A DNA stretch of 64,000 nucleotides from Desulfuromonadales bacterium (GTDB lineage: Bacteria; Desulfobacterota; Desulfuromonadia; Desulfuromonadales; Syntrophotaleaceae). Positions 33,472 through 43,108 of this stretch are shown piece after piece. The translations under genes and the position numbers were made by a program. The notes under the pieces are model-generated. The model did no database searches, was not told the origin of the DNA, and saw nothing but the letters and a program-made list of their open reading frames with translations. Position 1 is the first letter of the stretch. Each line of letters opens with the position of its first letter. Where the stretch lies: positions 26,996 to 90,995 of the forward strand of contig JABXKU010000001.1 of the NCBI GenBank assembly GCA_013619105.1, in the 5' to 3' direction.

Positions 33472-34587
33472 TCAGTCAGTCGGTAAGAAACTGGAAAATA
33501 CCGGGCTGAGTGCTTCATTACTGCTGGCATGAATTTCGTTAAACTCGGAATCGATAGCGCAAAAAGCCTGCACCACCTGCGGGTCGAAATAGCTGCCGCA
33601 GCCATCCAGAATAATTTCCTTTGCCTTCTGATGGGAGAAGGGTTCTTTGTAAGGCCGTTTGGCCCTTAATGCTTCGTAGACATCGACCAGGGCCATAATA
33701 CGGGCACTGAGAGGGATTTCTTCACCAGCAAGGCCACAGGGGTAGCCCTGGCCATTCCACCGTTCGTGATGATATTTGGCGATGTCGATACCCATGCGGA
33801 CAAAGTCGTTGTGTGGATATTTTGCGTAAACGAATTCCAGGGTAGCTGCGCCAAGGCTGGCGTGGGTTTTCATGACTTCAAATTCTTCTGCAGTTAATTT
33901 GGCCGGTTTGAGCATGATGGCATCGGTGATACCGACCTTGCCTACATCATGCAGCGGGCTGGCCTGGTAGATGGTCTCGATAAAATCAACTGAAATCAAA
34001 TGCGCGTACACCGAATCGGCGGCTAGTTGTATTGCCAAGGCCCGGCACAGGTCCTGTACCCGCTCTAAGTGCAAGCCGGTGTCGTCATCCCGCATATGGG
34101 ACAGTTTGGCCAAGGCAAAAATCATCGCTCGTTGGGATCGATTGATTTCCTCCAATTGATCGGCTACCTGTTGTTCCAGGCAGACGTTGGTGGTCTCCAG
34201 TTGTTGCTGAGACCGACGGAGCAGGAGGTGGGTTTTGACGCGGGCATAGACCTCTTCAACTTGAAACGGTTTAGTGATGTAGTCGACCCCTCCGGCACGA
34301 AAGGCCTTGGTTTTGTCGAGGGTGTCATCTAAGGCGCTGATGAAAATGACGGGGATATTTTGTAGAGCCTGATCCGCTTTCAGTTGGGCACAGACTTCGT
34401 AGCCGTCCATCCCAGGCATGGTGATGTCTAGCAGGATCAGGTCAGGTTGCCTATGACTGGCCGCTCGCAGGGCCAGGGTTCCGTGGGGAAAAGCGCTCAC
34501 TCGGTAGTCTGCTTTGATCAGCAGGTTGCTAAGCAGGTGCAGGTTCTCCGGTGTATCGTCAACGATCATGATATGAGGGGATTTCAT
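33472..34587 (-). CDS. response regulator with an HD-GYP c-di-GMP phosphodiesterase domain
   Basis: The REC domain shows IMIVDDTPEN and LLDITMPGMDG. The output domain shows HDVGK and HHERWNGQGYP. Confidence 0.9.
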   Translation of the reverse strand: MKSPHIMIVDDTPENLHLLSNLLIKADYRVSAFPHGTLALRAASHRQPDLILLDITMPGMDGYEVCAQLKADQALQNIPVIFISALDDTLDKTKAFRAGGVDYITKPFQVEEVYARVKTHLLLRRSQQQLETTNVCLEQQVADQLEEINRSQRAMIFALAKLSHMRDDDTGLHLERVQDLCRALAIQLAADSVYAHLISVDFIETIYQASPLHDVGKVGITDAIMLKPAKLTAEEFEVMKTHASLGAATLEFVYAKYPHNDFVRMGIDIAKYHHERWNGQGYPCGLAGEEIPLSARIMALVDVYEALRAKRPYKEPFSHQKAKEIILDGCGSYFDPQVVQAFCAIDSEFNEIHASSNEALSPVFSSFLPTD

Positions 34588-34623
34588 AGACTTCCTTGAT
34601 TAGCCATTCTCTTAAAATTGTTT

Positions 34624-37600
34624 TTATGCCTGGCTCAGAAGATTAAGCAGTTTTTCGTATTCATATCGATCCGCTAGTGTCGACAAATAGTCCCGCAGCG
34701 CACCGTCACTCGCACCTACCTCGTCCAATAGTTCTGAAAAATGGATCATATCGCCATCGTCCACTGCCTGCTTCAGTGCGGCAAGAAGGCTTTCGTGTAA
34801 ATTTTGTACAGCCTCAGGATTGAGCGGAATCTCACCTGCTGACTTTTGGGTGATGGTTACGGGGCTGTAAAGGTAGTCAAATCCACAAAGGGACTTAAGT
34901 TTTGTGTAGAGTTCGGTGGTTTTAAATGGCTTGGCGATATAGTCATCAGCTCCGGCTTCAATAGTCTGCTTTGAAAGATCGCAAGAAGCCAGGCCACCGG
35001 CAGTGACGATGATAATCTTCATCTGTTTTCTGTTCGGTAATGAGCGAAGGTGTCGGGTGGCCTGATAGCCGTCCATTCCCGCCATTTGGACATCCATCAA
35101 TACCAGATCAGGTTCCCATTTTGAAACCTGGCGAAGAGCTTCTTCGCCGCTGGCAACGGCTTCTACCGAAAAACCGATTTCAGCCAGGGTTTCACAGAGC
35201 ATGTTTCGGCTGTTGGGGTCATCCTCGACAACTAAGGCCTTGATTGGCAGGAACTGGGGGGCGATTGAGTCGATCTGACATCGATTGCCGCTGGGGGTCA
35301 ATTGCAGCTCATCCCCAGCGCACTGTTGAGCGGAGAAAGTAAAACGGAACTGACTGCCAGAGCCTGCGGCACTTTTTTCTAATAGGAGTTCGCCGCCAAG
35401 TTGTTCCGCATAGGCACGACTGATTGATAGTCCCAGGCCCGATCCCAGACCGGAGCTTCGACCACTGCTGGTCTGTTCGAAGGCTTCGAACAGTTTGTCC
35501 TGTTCACCTGGGTCGATACCCGGGCCGCTATCGATGATGTCAACGGCGATAAGCCAGTTTAATTGATCGGTTGTCGAGCCGCTAGCTCGTAGAGAAATCT
35601 GGCCGTGATCGGTGAATTTGACCGCATTGGAGAGAAGATTGATCAAGACTTGGCGGATTTTAGCTCGATCAGCGTTCAGATAGCGTGGTAGTTCCTGGCC
35701 CAGGGCCATGTCAAACCGTAAATCCTTTTGCTGACAGGAAAGCTTGAACATGGACGCGAGATCGGCCATCAATTGGCGGAAGTCTAAAGGAACAGGATGA
35801 AGGGTGACATGACCGGCTTCGATACGGGAAACCTCAAGAATATCGTTGATCAATTCCAGTAGATGGTCGCCACTGCGATTGATGGTTTGAATCTGTTCTC
35901 GATGATTGGGGTGTAGCTCGGAATCTTTTTGCAACAGTTGGGAATAGCCGAGGATTGCATTGAGCGGGGTACGAATTTCGTGACTCATGCTGGCGAGGAA
36001 CGTGCTTTTGGCCAAGTTTGCTGCGTCAGCTGCTTCAGCTAGTTGTTCTGCCTTGGCGGTGGCCTCTTTCCACTGGCTATTCGCTATGCGCAAGGATTCT
36101 TCCGCCTCCAGTCGATCGCGGATATCCATCATGCATTCAACTAGCTTTTCCCGCCCTTTAATGGTGATTTTTCTTACGGTCTTCAGCACCGGGGTTTGTC
36201 GACCATCGTGTCGGATGAGGAACTTTTCCGAGCTATCCACTGACTGATTCAGGTCGAGGATAGGGCAGCTGTCTTCTTGGGCTGGGCAAAGAACGCTATG
36301 ACAGCGGTTGCCAACAATTTCTTCTTCAGGAGAACCGATCAACTGGGCTGCTGCTGGATTAACGCTCTCGATGATGCGAGTAGCGGCGTCGATGATGACC
36401 AGTGGTATGGGTAGTCCCTCCATCAGCGTGCGCTGGATTTCCTCGTTTTCCCTCAAGGTCTCTTCCATGCGCTTACGGCCGCTGATATCTGTCTTAGTAG
36501 CGATGTAATGGGTAATGCAATTATATCTGTCGCGAATGGGCGAAATGGCGTTAAGTTCCCAGTAAAGATCGCCATCCTTTCTGCGGTTTAGCATCTCGCC
36601 ATTCCAGGTCCGGCCAGCGCTTATTGTCCGCCATAACTCCTTATAAAAACCGTTTGGCATATAGCCGGAATTCAGTAGTCTTGCACCATTTCCGAGTACT
36701 TCTTCTTCTCCGTAGCCGGTCATCTGTAGAAACTGTGGATTCGCGTACTCAATGATTCCATCGAGGTCCGTGATAATAATAGCCGTTGGACTCTGCTCCA
36801 CGGCGGTTGACAGTTTACGGGAGATTTCTTCGCTCTGCTTGAGGCGTTCTTCGGTGGCTTTGCGAGCCGTAATATCATGGAAGGCTGTTACCGAACCGAT
36901 CAATTTTCCACTGACCCAGATGGGCCGGCTGGCTAATTCAACGGTGAGTATGGAACCGGAGCGGTGCCGAAAAATTTCTTCGCCTTGGTATGGTTGTCCC
37001 TGGCTGATAGCTGTGAAAAATGGGCAATCATCTTTTGGAAGGAAAGCGTTATCGCTGTGGCAGTGGAACAGGTCATGAGCTGTTTTGCCGAGGAGATCTT
37101 GTTCGCTGAAACCGAGGGCTTTGCATGCTGCTGGATTGATACGTTCGATGCTCCCCTTACTGTCGGTAACGTACACCCCTTCAGCTAGAGCGTTATTCAT
37201 CGCCTGTAAGTTGTGCTTCTCACTGCTTAGAGCGACGGTCCAGCGACGTATTCTCAGCATTAGAATGGTCATCACCGCCAACACAAACAGCATTGTTGTC
37301 AGATAAATAACGAATTCAGTGAAAAAGGCCGCAGAGACCGGGTCTTGAGCATAAGAGATGAGATAGCCGGCGGTCAGGCCTTTTATGTCCATAATGGGCA
37401 ACATAGAGACGATGTGCGAGGAGCCGTCAACGGTGGCATGGGTGGTCAGGGGGCGCCCTTGCTTGAGTGCCGCCTGCACCTGTTGGTTTTTGCGCAGCTG
37501 GCGATTGATTGCGGTAGCACCGGCAGAGAGTGGCGGCGGACTGTCTGGCAGGATGGCATTGGCATCCTCAAGCAAATAGTCGGGATGGATGTCTGCCGGA

Positions 37601-38286
37601 CTGTACAACCATTGTTGCTCGGGGAAAATATAGGGTTCGGTCAGGTCGCGATTGACCAGAAAGGTATATTCACGGTTGGGGTCTAGCTTGGCCAGTGCAT
37701 CGCGAATACCTTTCGCGGTAACACTAACGGCAGCACTACCGAGATAGCGGTCTTGGTAGATTAAAGGAAACACATAGCGAAAACCGGAACGCACTTTCCC
37801 GGTTTCGAAGCCATGGACATGGCGTTTTTCAGCATTGGCTAAACGGACCGACTCCTGGAATTCAAGGAGGGGATCACCATAGCGGTCCGGTTTGTGAAAA
37901 CGTAAGAAGCTTGTACCGTCCGATAGATAAAATTGTAATTGTAATGGGATCTCAGTTTTTAAGGCCTGATAGGCAGGGAAGAGCTTGCGGTACAGTCGTC
38001 CACGAGCCAGGTCCTGCTGTGGACCTTGGCTGGTAACGGCAGTTTCAAGTAGTTGTAAAATGTCGTTACGATTAATGGTGCTAGAGTAGAAATTTTCTAT
38101 AGCCAGATGGTACATTTGAAGGCTGGCGCGGTAAGCTGTATCGAGGGTGTGTTGATGTTCAGAAAAATGGCTGGTTTGTTTTTTTTGCATGTTGATAAAC
38201 AGAAACAGACCGAGCCCGATAGACAATGACAGCATGACGGCGATAAGGCCATAACGTGCGACTAGATGTTTGAGTTGTTTTCCCAT
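34624..38286 (-). CDS. hybrid sensor histidine kinase (periplasmic Cache-like domain, three PAS, HisKA, HATPase, one REC)
   Basis: Two TM segments flank a ~300-aa periplasmic domain, followed by three PAS units. The H-box is SHEIRTPLN, the G-boxes include GSGLGLSI, and the REC shows VVEDDPNS and LMDVQMAGMDG. Its ATG directly follows the upstream TAG. Confidence 0.9.
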   Translation of the reverse strand: MGKQLKHLVARYGLIAVMLSLSIGLGLFLFINMQKKQTSHFSEHQHTLDTAYRASLQMYHLAIENFYSSTINRNDILQLLETAVTSQGPQQDLARGRLYRKLFPAYQALKTEIPLQLQFYLSDGTSFLRFHKPDRYGDPLLEFQESVRLANAEKRHVHGFETGKVRSGFRYVFPLIYQDRYLGSAAVSVTAKGIRDALAKLDPNREYTFLVNRDLTEPYIFPEQQWLYSPADIHPDYLLEDANAILPDSPPPLSAGATAINRQLRKNQQVQAALKQGRPLTTHATVDGSSHIVSMLPIMDIKGLTAGYLISYAQDPVSAAFFTEFVIYLTTMLFVLAVMTILMLRIRRWTVALSSEKHNLQAMNNALAEGVYVTDSKGSIERINPAACKALGFSEQDLLGKTAHDLFHCHSDNAFLPKDDCPFFTAISQGQPYQGEEIFRHRSGSILTVELASRPIWVSGKLIGSVTAFHDITARKATEERLKQSEEISRKLSTAVEQSPTAIIITDLDGIIEYANPQFLQMTGYGEEEVLGNGARLLNSGYMPNGFYKELWRTISAGRTWNGEMLNRRKDGDLYWELNAISPIRDRYNCITHYIATKTDISGRKRMEETLRENEEIQRTLMEGLPIPLVIIDAATRIIESVNPAAAQLIGSPEEEIVGNRCHSVLCPAQEDSCPILDLNQSVDSSEKFLIRHDGRQTPVLKTVRKITIKGREKLVECMMDIRDRLEAEESLRIANSQWKEATAKAEQLAEAADAANLAKSTFLASMSHEIRTPLNAILGYSQLLQKDSELHPNHREQIQTINRSGDHLLELINDILEVSRIEAGHVTLHPVPLDFRQLMADLASMFKLSCQQKDLRFDMALGQELPRYLNADRAKIRQVLINLLSNAVKFTDHGQISLRASGSTTDQLNWLIAVDIIDSGPGIDPGEQDKLFEAFEQTSSGRSSGLGSGLGLSISRAYAEQLGGELLLEKSAAGSGSQFRFTFSAQQCAGDELQLTPSGNRCQIDSIAPQFLPIKALVVEDDPNSRNMLCETLAEIGFSVEAVASGEEALRQVSKWEPDLVLMDVQMAGMDGYQATRHLRSLPNRKQMKIIIVTAGGLASCDLSKQTIEAGADDYIAKPFKTTELYTKLKSLCGFDYLYSPVTITQKSAGEIPLNPEAVQNLHESLLAALKQAVDDGDMIHFSELLDEVGASDGALRDYLSTLADRYEYEKLLNLLSQA

Positions 38287-39138
38287 CTAGAAATTGCCTT
38301 CATCGGGAATGGTGACTTCACCAAGCAGTTCGCGAATCACATCGTAATTGGTATCGTCTGACGGGACTGTTCCGTAACGGATGTTATCCCCCCAGTCAGC
38401 GAGCATTGTTCTATGTTTGCCCTCCGGATCTATGGCAATGAGCGCGTGGCGAATTTGGTTGAGTAGTTCGGGCTTGAGGGTAGCTTTGTTGCCCACCAAA
38501 GCAAAGGAAGGTAGAGGGTCCGTTTCATCAATAATGGTCAGTCCGAGATGAGCATATTTTTTACCGATAGCTGTTTTCAGCCCGCCGGCATCAAACAGAC
38601 CTTGAACAATAGCTAGGGCGACCGCATCGTGCTTGCCAAGGTACCTATAGTAGTTAGATTCCAAACTGCTACCGTGTTGGCGCAATAGACCATTGGCCGA
38701 AAGATAACCGCAGGTAGACAAGGGCTGGGTCAAAGCGAGCTTCTTGTCTTTTAGGTTTTTAAGGGGAAATGTTGAATCGGCAAAGACAGCCAGGCCACAG
38801 GTATAAGTCGTCTGGCCCGAAGCTTCTTTGAAGTGAACCAAGGGCTCAGCTTGAGGATGGCTGCCGCGAAGTTCAACGTAGGGTAGGGGGCCTAGATAAG
38901 CCAAGTCAATATCGCCGTTACGGAACTTTTCGAGAATATTGGCATAACTGTCGGCGTAAACATATTCGATGGAGATGCCGAGGTGTTGTTGCAGATAGTC
39001 GGTCATGGGCCGAAACTGCTTCATCACAGTTTCACGGTCTTCCATAGGCAAGGGTGCAAAGCGCACCACCTCAAGGGCAAAGCTTGTACCTGTAAGGCAC
39101 CAAACGCTCAATATCGTTAGCCAGATTGTACAACGCAT
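38287..39138 (-). CDS. PhnD-like periplasmic solute-binding protein (phosphonate/phosphite ABC SBP fold), sensor-associated
   Basis: A signal peptide is present, with PhnD-type motifs FAPLP, DLAYLGP and Y....GL. No cognate ABC permease or ATPase is nearby, and the gene abuts the kinase. Confidence 0.75.
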   Translation of the reverse strand: MRCTIWLTILSVWCLTGTSFALEVVRFAPLPMEDRETVMKQFRPMTDYLQQHLGISIEYVYADSYANILEKFRNGDIDLAYLGPLPYVELRGSHPQAEPLVHFKEASGQTTYTCGLAVFADSTFPLKNLKDKKLALTQPLSTCGYLSANGLLRQHGSSLESNYYRYLGKHDAVALAIVQGLFDAGGLKTAIGKKYAHLGLTIIDETDPLPSFALVGNKATLKPELLNQIRHALIAIDPEGKHRTMLADWGDNIRYGTVPSDDTNYDVIRELLGEVTIPDEGNF

Positions 39139-39243
39139 TGATATTGTCTCCTAAACAGCATGCTTTCAAAGGATCCGCCGGATGACTATCTATTGCAACA
39201 GGTGACTCCTGCTCCCTTTATATTTAATTCGACAAATTACAAA

Positions 39244-39278
39244 TAAGCCCGTTTTTGCATATTCGCAAAACGGGCTTA
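39244..39278 (-). terminator. hairpin between nifN and the SBP-kinase operon (probable terminator)
   Basis: TAAGCCCGTTTT (39244-39255) pairs with AAAACGGGCTTA (39267-39278). It lies about 335 nt downstream of the nifN stop. Confidence 0.45.
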
Positions 39279-39612
39279 ATACCAAGATTCAAACCGTATG
39301 GTTTTCTCTTTAGTAGCCCGGCTATCCCTGAAGGACCCGCAGCTTTGCGTCACTGGATTACTCCAGTTTTGCCACCGAACAGACACAAACTGTTCCATTA
39401 TGTTGCTAAAGTTTCATGATAAAGTCAATCCTAATCCTTTCGCATGGTTAACAAGATGCTCATCGAAAGGAGTTATTGTAGAGGAGATAGGGTGCATCTG
39501 TAGTTGGGCAGAGGACGGCAAAGAAGCGCAAACTTTCTGCGTTCGATTGACTTTGATTATAGGGTTTTCTTTAAGGCCTTAGGTGAACCTGTGCGGTTGG
39601 GAAGACTTTAAG

Positions 39613-40902
39613 TCAATGGGGCGCCGCCCGCATGGTTTCGGCAGCGTTAGCAACCTCGCAGAGGAAATAAGCACCCCCTTCGTAAAGAAGATCGTTCTTT
39701 AATTGGTTACCGACTATCTCCCAGTTGGGATAACCGCGCAGTACCAGGCCCTTGTTGCATCGATGGGCCAACGCTTCGGTGTGGTAGTTGCCAACGATGA
39801 GGTCATAGTTCGCCTGGCGTGCCTCGGCATCTTCCAGGTCGCCGACCATTACTTCGTCAGCGGGGATGGTGTCGAGTTGGGGCGAATCAACGGTGGCCGC
39901 AGCTAGTGTTATTTTGGTGCCGGCTTCGCTCAACACTTGGCCTGCTCCGGCTAGAAAGTCGGGCTCTCCAACAAGCAGAACGCGGGTCTGGCCGAGGGAA
40001 AAGTGGCTGTCCAGCATGGCGTCCTGCAGCCGCTTGCGCCAGCGAATAACGCTGGCGGGAGGTTTCTCGCGTCCGTTGGCTTCGAGTAGCGTCGCCACCA
40101 ATTGATCGGTGGCCTCCAGTCCCTGCAGGTGGGCGCAGTGCCGATGGCGAATTTCGGAATTCTTTTTAAGCAGTGCTGCGGCGCTCGGTTGCATCGACGC
40201 GCCTACGGAAATCACCAGCGCGGCATCGGCCAAGCCTTTTATCGTCTCGACGCTGATGCCGCCGTTGCTCAGGGCGCTTTGTTTCTCTCCCAGATGGCCA
40301 TCAAGAGAGGTAGAGAGATCGGGCAGGGCATGCACCTCGAAACCAAACAGGGCAATAAAATCTTTGACCTTTTCCACCTCAATGGGGGTCAGGCTCACAT
40401 GGGGCAGTAGCACAACTTTATCGGTGCGAGTCCTGCTGGTCGGTTCAACCAGCTGTTCGATAAGGGCTTTGGTGGTCTTGCCCCAACCGCTCTCTAAGCC
40501 TCCTTCGTAATCGGTGCTATGTACATAGACCAGGGGATAGTCGACCTGGGTCGCGACCCCGCGCAGGTCATCTCCCTTGGTTTCGGTGAGGCCGGTGCTG
40601 TGCAGCCCGATCAGGCTGGGGGTGACCTTTTTGGTGATGTTGGCCACCGCTTCGACGATACTGCCGTCACCGCCATCGAGCACTGCGGTAACATCGGTGA
40701 CGGCAGTGGTCTGAATGGCAATCGGCTCGCAGAAATGGCGAGTCAGAAAGACCTTGGTAAAGGAGGTACAACCCATGCCGCCGTGCATTAGCGGCATGCA
40801 GCGGTCGATGCCGAGAAAGGCCAGGGCCGCGCCCATGGGTTGGGTGAGGCGAAAGGGGTTGACCTGCAGCGGCTTGGTCGGTCTACGCGTTATTTTTCCC
40901 AT
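39613..40902 (-). CDS. nifN: nitrogenase FeMo-cofactor scaffold subunit NifN
   Basis: KPLQVNPFRLTQPMGAALAFLGI..MPLMHGGMGCTSF is the NifN/NifK-like N-terminus. The gene overlaps nifE by 13 nt. Confidence 0.9.
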   Translation of the reverse strand: MGKITRRPTKPLQVNPFRLTQPMGAALAFLGIDRCMPLMHGGMGCTSFTKVFLTRHFCEPIAIQTTAVTDVTAVLDGGDGSIVEAVANITKKVTPSLIGLHSTGLTETKGDDLRGVATQVDYPLVYVHSTDYEGGLESGWGKTTKALIEQLVEPTSRTRTDKVVLLPHVSLTPIEVEKVKDFIALFGFEVHALPDLSTSLDGHLGEKQSALSNGGISVETIKGLADAALVISVGASMQPSAAALLKKNSEIRHRHCAHLQGLEATDQLVATLLEANGREKPPASVIRWRKRLQDAMLDSHFSLGQTRVLLVGEPDFLAGAGQVLSEAGTKITLAAATVDSPQLDTIPADEVMVGDLEDAEARQANYDLIVGNYHTEALAHRCNKGLVLRGYPNWEIVGNQLKNDLLYEGGAYFLCEVANAAETMRAAPH

Positions 40903-42242
40903 GGGGCTCTCCTGGCGACGTTGTTAAATACGGGATTCTGTAGCGAGTTCTTGAGATCTTCGGCCAGATTGATTAGGCCGCCGTAGCCGCCATAGCTCTT
41001 TTTCTTCTCCTGATTGACATCGGCAAAGGCGATTTTCTTCTTGATAGCGGTAAACAGGCTGCGGCCGCCGGCTAACAACAGATGGGCGCCGGTCTCGTCG
41101 ATAATTTTCGCCTGCTCTTGTCCTGGATTAGTCATCAGGATGCCTTTCTCACCCAGATATTCCCTCGCTTTTTCCTTGTCGGCCTCAGTGGCTTTTTTAA
41201 CCGAGGTGGCAACCACTTCCAAACCGAGATCCTGCAAAGCCGAGGCGATGGACCAGGATTTGTTGCCACCGGTATTGAGTACCGCCTTTTTGCCCTGGAA
41301 AACTTTCCGATAAGGAGCAAGCTTCTTGTCGAGAATATCTTCTTCGCGAGCAATGAGTTTCTTGGTGCGCTCGATTAGCTCGGCATCCCCCAGTGCTGTG
41401 GCAATGGCCAGAATAGAGGCGCTGGTGTCGCGCTTACCGTAGAAGGAGACGGAGATGAAGGGGATGTCGTAACGCTCCTGCATCTTACGGGGCAGGGAAA
41501 TCAGCGACTTGGCGCAGACCAGCACATTAAGGTTTGCGCGGTGGGCGGAGCGAATGTTTGCCACCCGGCCGTCACCGCTGAGAGTGGAGAGTACGCGAAT
41601 ACCGAGTTCTTCGAGCAGCGGGGTGTATTGCCACATGTCGCCGGTCACGTTGTATTCACCGATCAGATTGATATCGAAGGGGGTGGTGTTTTCCGGCTCC
41701 CGCGTGCCGATCAGGTGCGTCAACACTGCTTCACCGGCCAGCCGGCTGCCAAGGTTCTTGCTGCCGACAAATCCGGGAGCGTGCACCGGAACCATGGGAA
41801 TACCGTGGGTCTGTTCGGCCTGCCTGCATACCGCGTCGATATCGTCGCCGATCATGGCGGTGACGCAGGTGCTGTAGACAAACACCGCTTCAGGTGCATA
41901 GTGCTTCACGATGTAGTCGATGGCCTGGCGTAGCTTTTCTTCACCGCCGAAGACCACATCGTTGGTCGATATGCCGGTGGTAAAACCCATTTGAGTCAGG
42001 TCTCGCCCAGGCCAACGGGTGTGTGTCAGCCGAGTCTCCCACGAAGCGCCGACACAGGTCATGGGGCCATGCACCAGATGCGCGGCATCGGCGTAGGGAA
42101 ACAGGGAGATCTGTGCCCCTTCGAAAGCGCAGCCACCGGTGGTGGCACCGGGGGTGGGGGCGTTGCATGCACTCTTTTTATTCTTGTTGTGGGCGCAGGC
42201 GCTTTCGTCGAGAAGCTCGCGGATTTTTGGTTTCTGTGCCAA
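40890..42242 (-). CDS. nifE: nitrogenase FeMo-cofactor scaffold subunit NifE
   Basis: KIRELLDESACAHNKNKKSAC..GCAFEGA and the NifD/E fold are present. The TTG at 42242 has AAGGAG 7 nt upstream. The ORF-track GTG at 42314 would overlap the sigma-54 promoter, so I reject it. Confidence 0.88.
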   Translation of the reverse strand: MAQKPKIRELLDESACAHNKNKKSACNAPTPGATTGGCAFEGAQISLFPYADAAHLVHGPMTCVGASWETRLTHTRWPGRDLTQMGFTTGISTNDVVFGGEEKLRQAIDYIVKHYAPEAVFVYSTCVTAMIGDDIDAVCRQAEQTHGIPMVPVHAPGFVGSKNLGSRLAGEAVLTHLIGTREPENTTPFDINLIGEYNVTGDMWQYTPLLEELGIRVLSTLSGDGRVANIRSAHRANLNVLVCAKSLISLPRKMQERYDIPFISVSFYGKRDTSASILAIATALGDAELIERTKKLIAREEDILDKKLAPYRKVFQGKKAVLNTGGNKSWSIASALQDLGLEVVATSVKKATEADKEKAREYLGEKGILMTNPGQEQAKIIDETGAHLLLAGGRSLFTAIKKKIAFADVNQEKKKSYGGYGGLINLAEDLKNSLQNPVFNNVARRAPWEK

Positions 42243-42316
42243 AGCCTGACTCCTTTGAGTAAAGGGTGGGGCAAGCTTTGTCACATCGTTGGGACGGAAG
42301 CTTACGTCTATCACTA

Positions 42317-42333
42317 AGCAAGAGACCTGCCAG
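42317..42333 (-). promoter_or_regulatory. sigma-54 (-24/-12) promoter of nifEN
   Basis: The minus strand reads CTGGCAGGTCTCTTGCT, with GG-N10-GC intact and two mismatches to YTGGCACGrNNNTTGCW. It lies about 75 nt upstream of the TTG start. Confidence 0.65.
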
Positions 42334-42406
42334 TGTTGCTAACATGTTGAAAATCAAGGTTTCTGGTTAGCGTGTTAGCTTAGTGTGTGCTGGGGACGAT
42401 GTCATT

Positions 42407-42423
42407 TGCTTATGTATTAGGCA
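42407..42423. promoter_or_regulatory. candidate TGC-N11-GCA dyad upstream of the nifEN promoter
   Basis: TGCTTATGTATTAGGCA is centred about 84 bp upstream of the -24 GG. It shares TGCTTA...GCA with the proximal nifV site. Confidence 0.3.
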
Positions 42424-42551
42424 GCAGTGTGTGATTATTCGATTCGCCCGGAACCATTGTGGTCGTAGAAAGGATGATAGTATTTAGAAGAGTTAAGGTT
42501 TTGTGGAAGGATTTATAGCTCCGGTTGATTGCCCTGTTGAAAGGAGAACCC

Positions 42552-42956
42552 ATGGAAGGACTATTCAGTGGTCGTTGTCATTGTGGCAAGGTGGTTTTTG
42601 AAATTGATGGACAGGTGCTTAATGTTGTCAATTGTCATTGCTCCATTTGCCGCAGGGCCAATGGCGGTGCTTTCTCCAGCTATCTGGTGGTGCCTGATGA
42701 AGCCTTCGAGGTGACTGGTGGAAGTGAGTTTTTGACCCGCTACGCTATGTCCGATAAGGCTGATAAATTTTTTTGTAACATCTGTGGCGCTCCGGTTTTC
42801 AATCGAAATAAACTATATTCTGGAGTCACAGTTGTGCCGCTGGGAGGTCTCGATGAGGCCGCAAAATTCTTTCCAAAGGTCGATATTTTCTGCGCAGATA
42901 TGTTGCCCTGGGTGATGCCATGGCGGGAAAGCAAGCGGTATGAAAAGGGGATGTAG
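42552..42956 (+). CDS. GFA/CENP-V family zinc-thiol protein (glutathione-dependent formaldehyde-activating-like)
   Basis: Cys clusters GRCHCGKV and CHCSICRRANG are present. AAGGAG lies upstream of the ATG at 42552. Confidence 0.8.
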   Translation: MEGLFSGRCHCGKVVFEIDGQVLNVVNCHCSICRRANGGAFSSYLVVPDEAFEVTGGSEFLTRYAMSDKADKFFCNICGAPVFNRNKLYSGVTVVPLGGLDEAAKFFPKVDIFCADMLPWVMPWRESKRYEKGM

Positions 42957-43108
42957 CGATAAGCTATCACAGGTTGTACGTGGCAGCAGTGCGCGCAGCG
43001 CGAGAACTCTCTCGAATACAGAAACGCTTGTCATCGGCTTTCGATGAGGATATGCTTAGGTGGCATTAACTTCTAGGTGGTTGATCCTATGTTGGCTCAG
43101 GAGGGTAT

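Noticed and set aside
34624-34900. Hpt domain or second receiver at the C-terminus of the hybrid kinase
   Set aside because: On re-reading, the segment after MDVQMAGMDG belongs to the same single receiver. The final ~90 aa are helical but lack an HxxKG-type phosphotransfer histidine.
39298-39582. 94-aa ORF between nifN and the SBP-kinase operon, and short minus-strand ORFs there; a nifX-like gene might be expected after nifEN
   Set aside because: The translations have no NifX/NafY signature (no ..HFG.. motif), the composition is poor, and there is no RBS.
42243-42314. GTG at 42314 as the nifE start (longest ORF)
   Set aside because: It would place the start codon within or adjacent to the sigma-54 -12 element. 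The extra 24 residues are not NifE-like. The TTG at 42242 has a perfect AAGGAG at 7-nt spacing.
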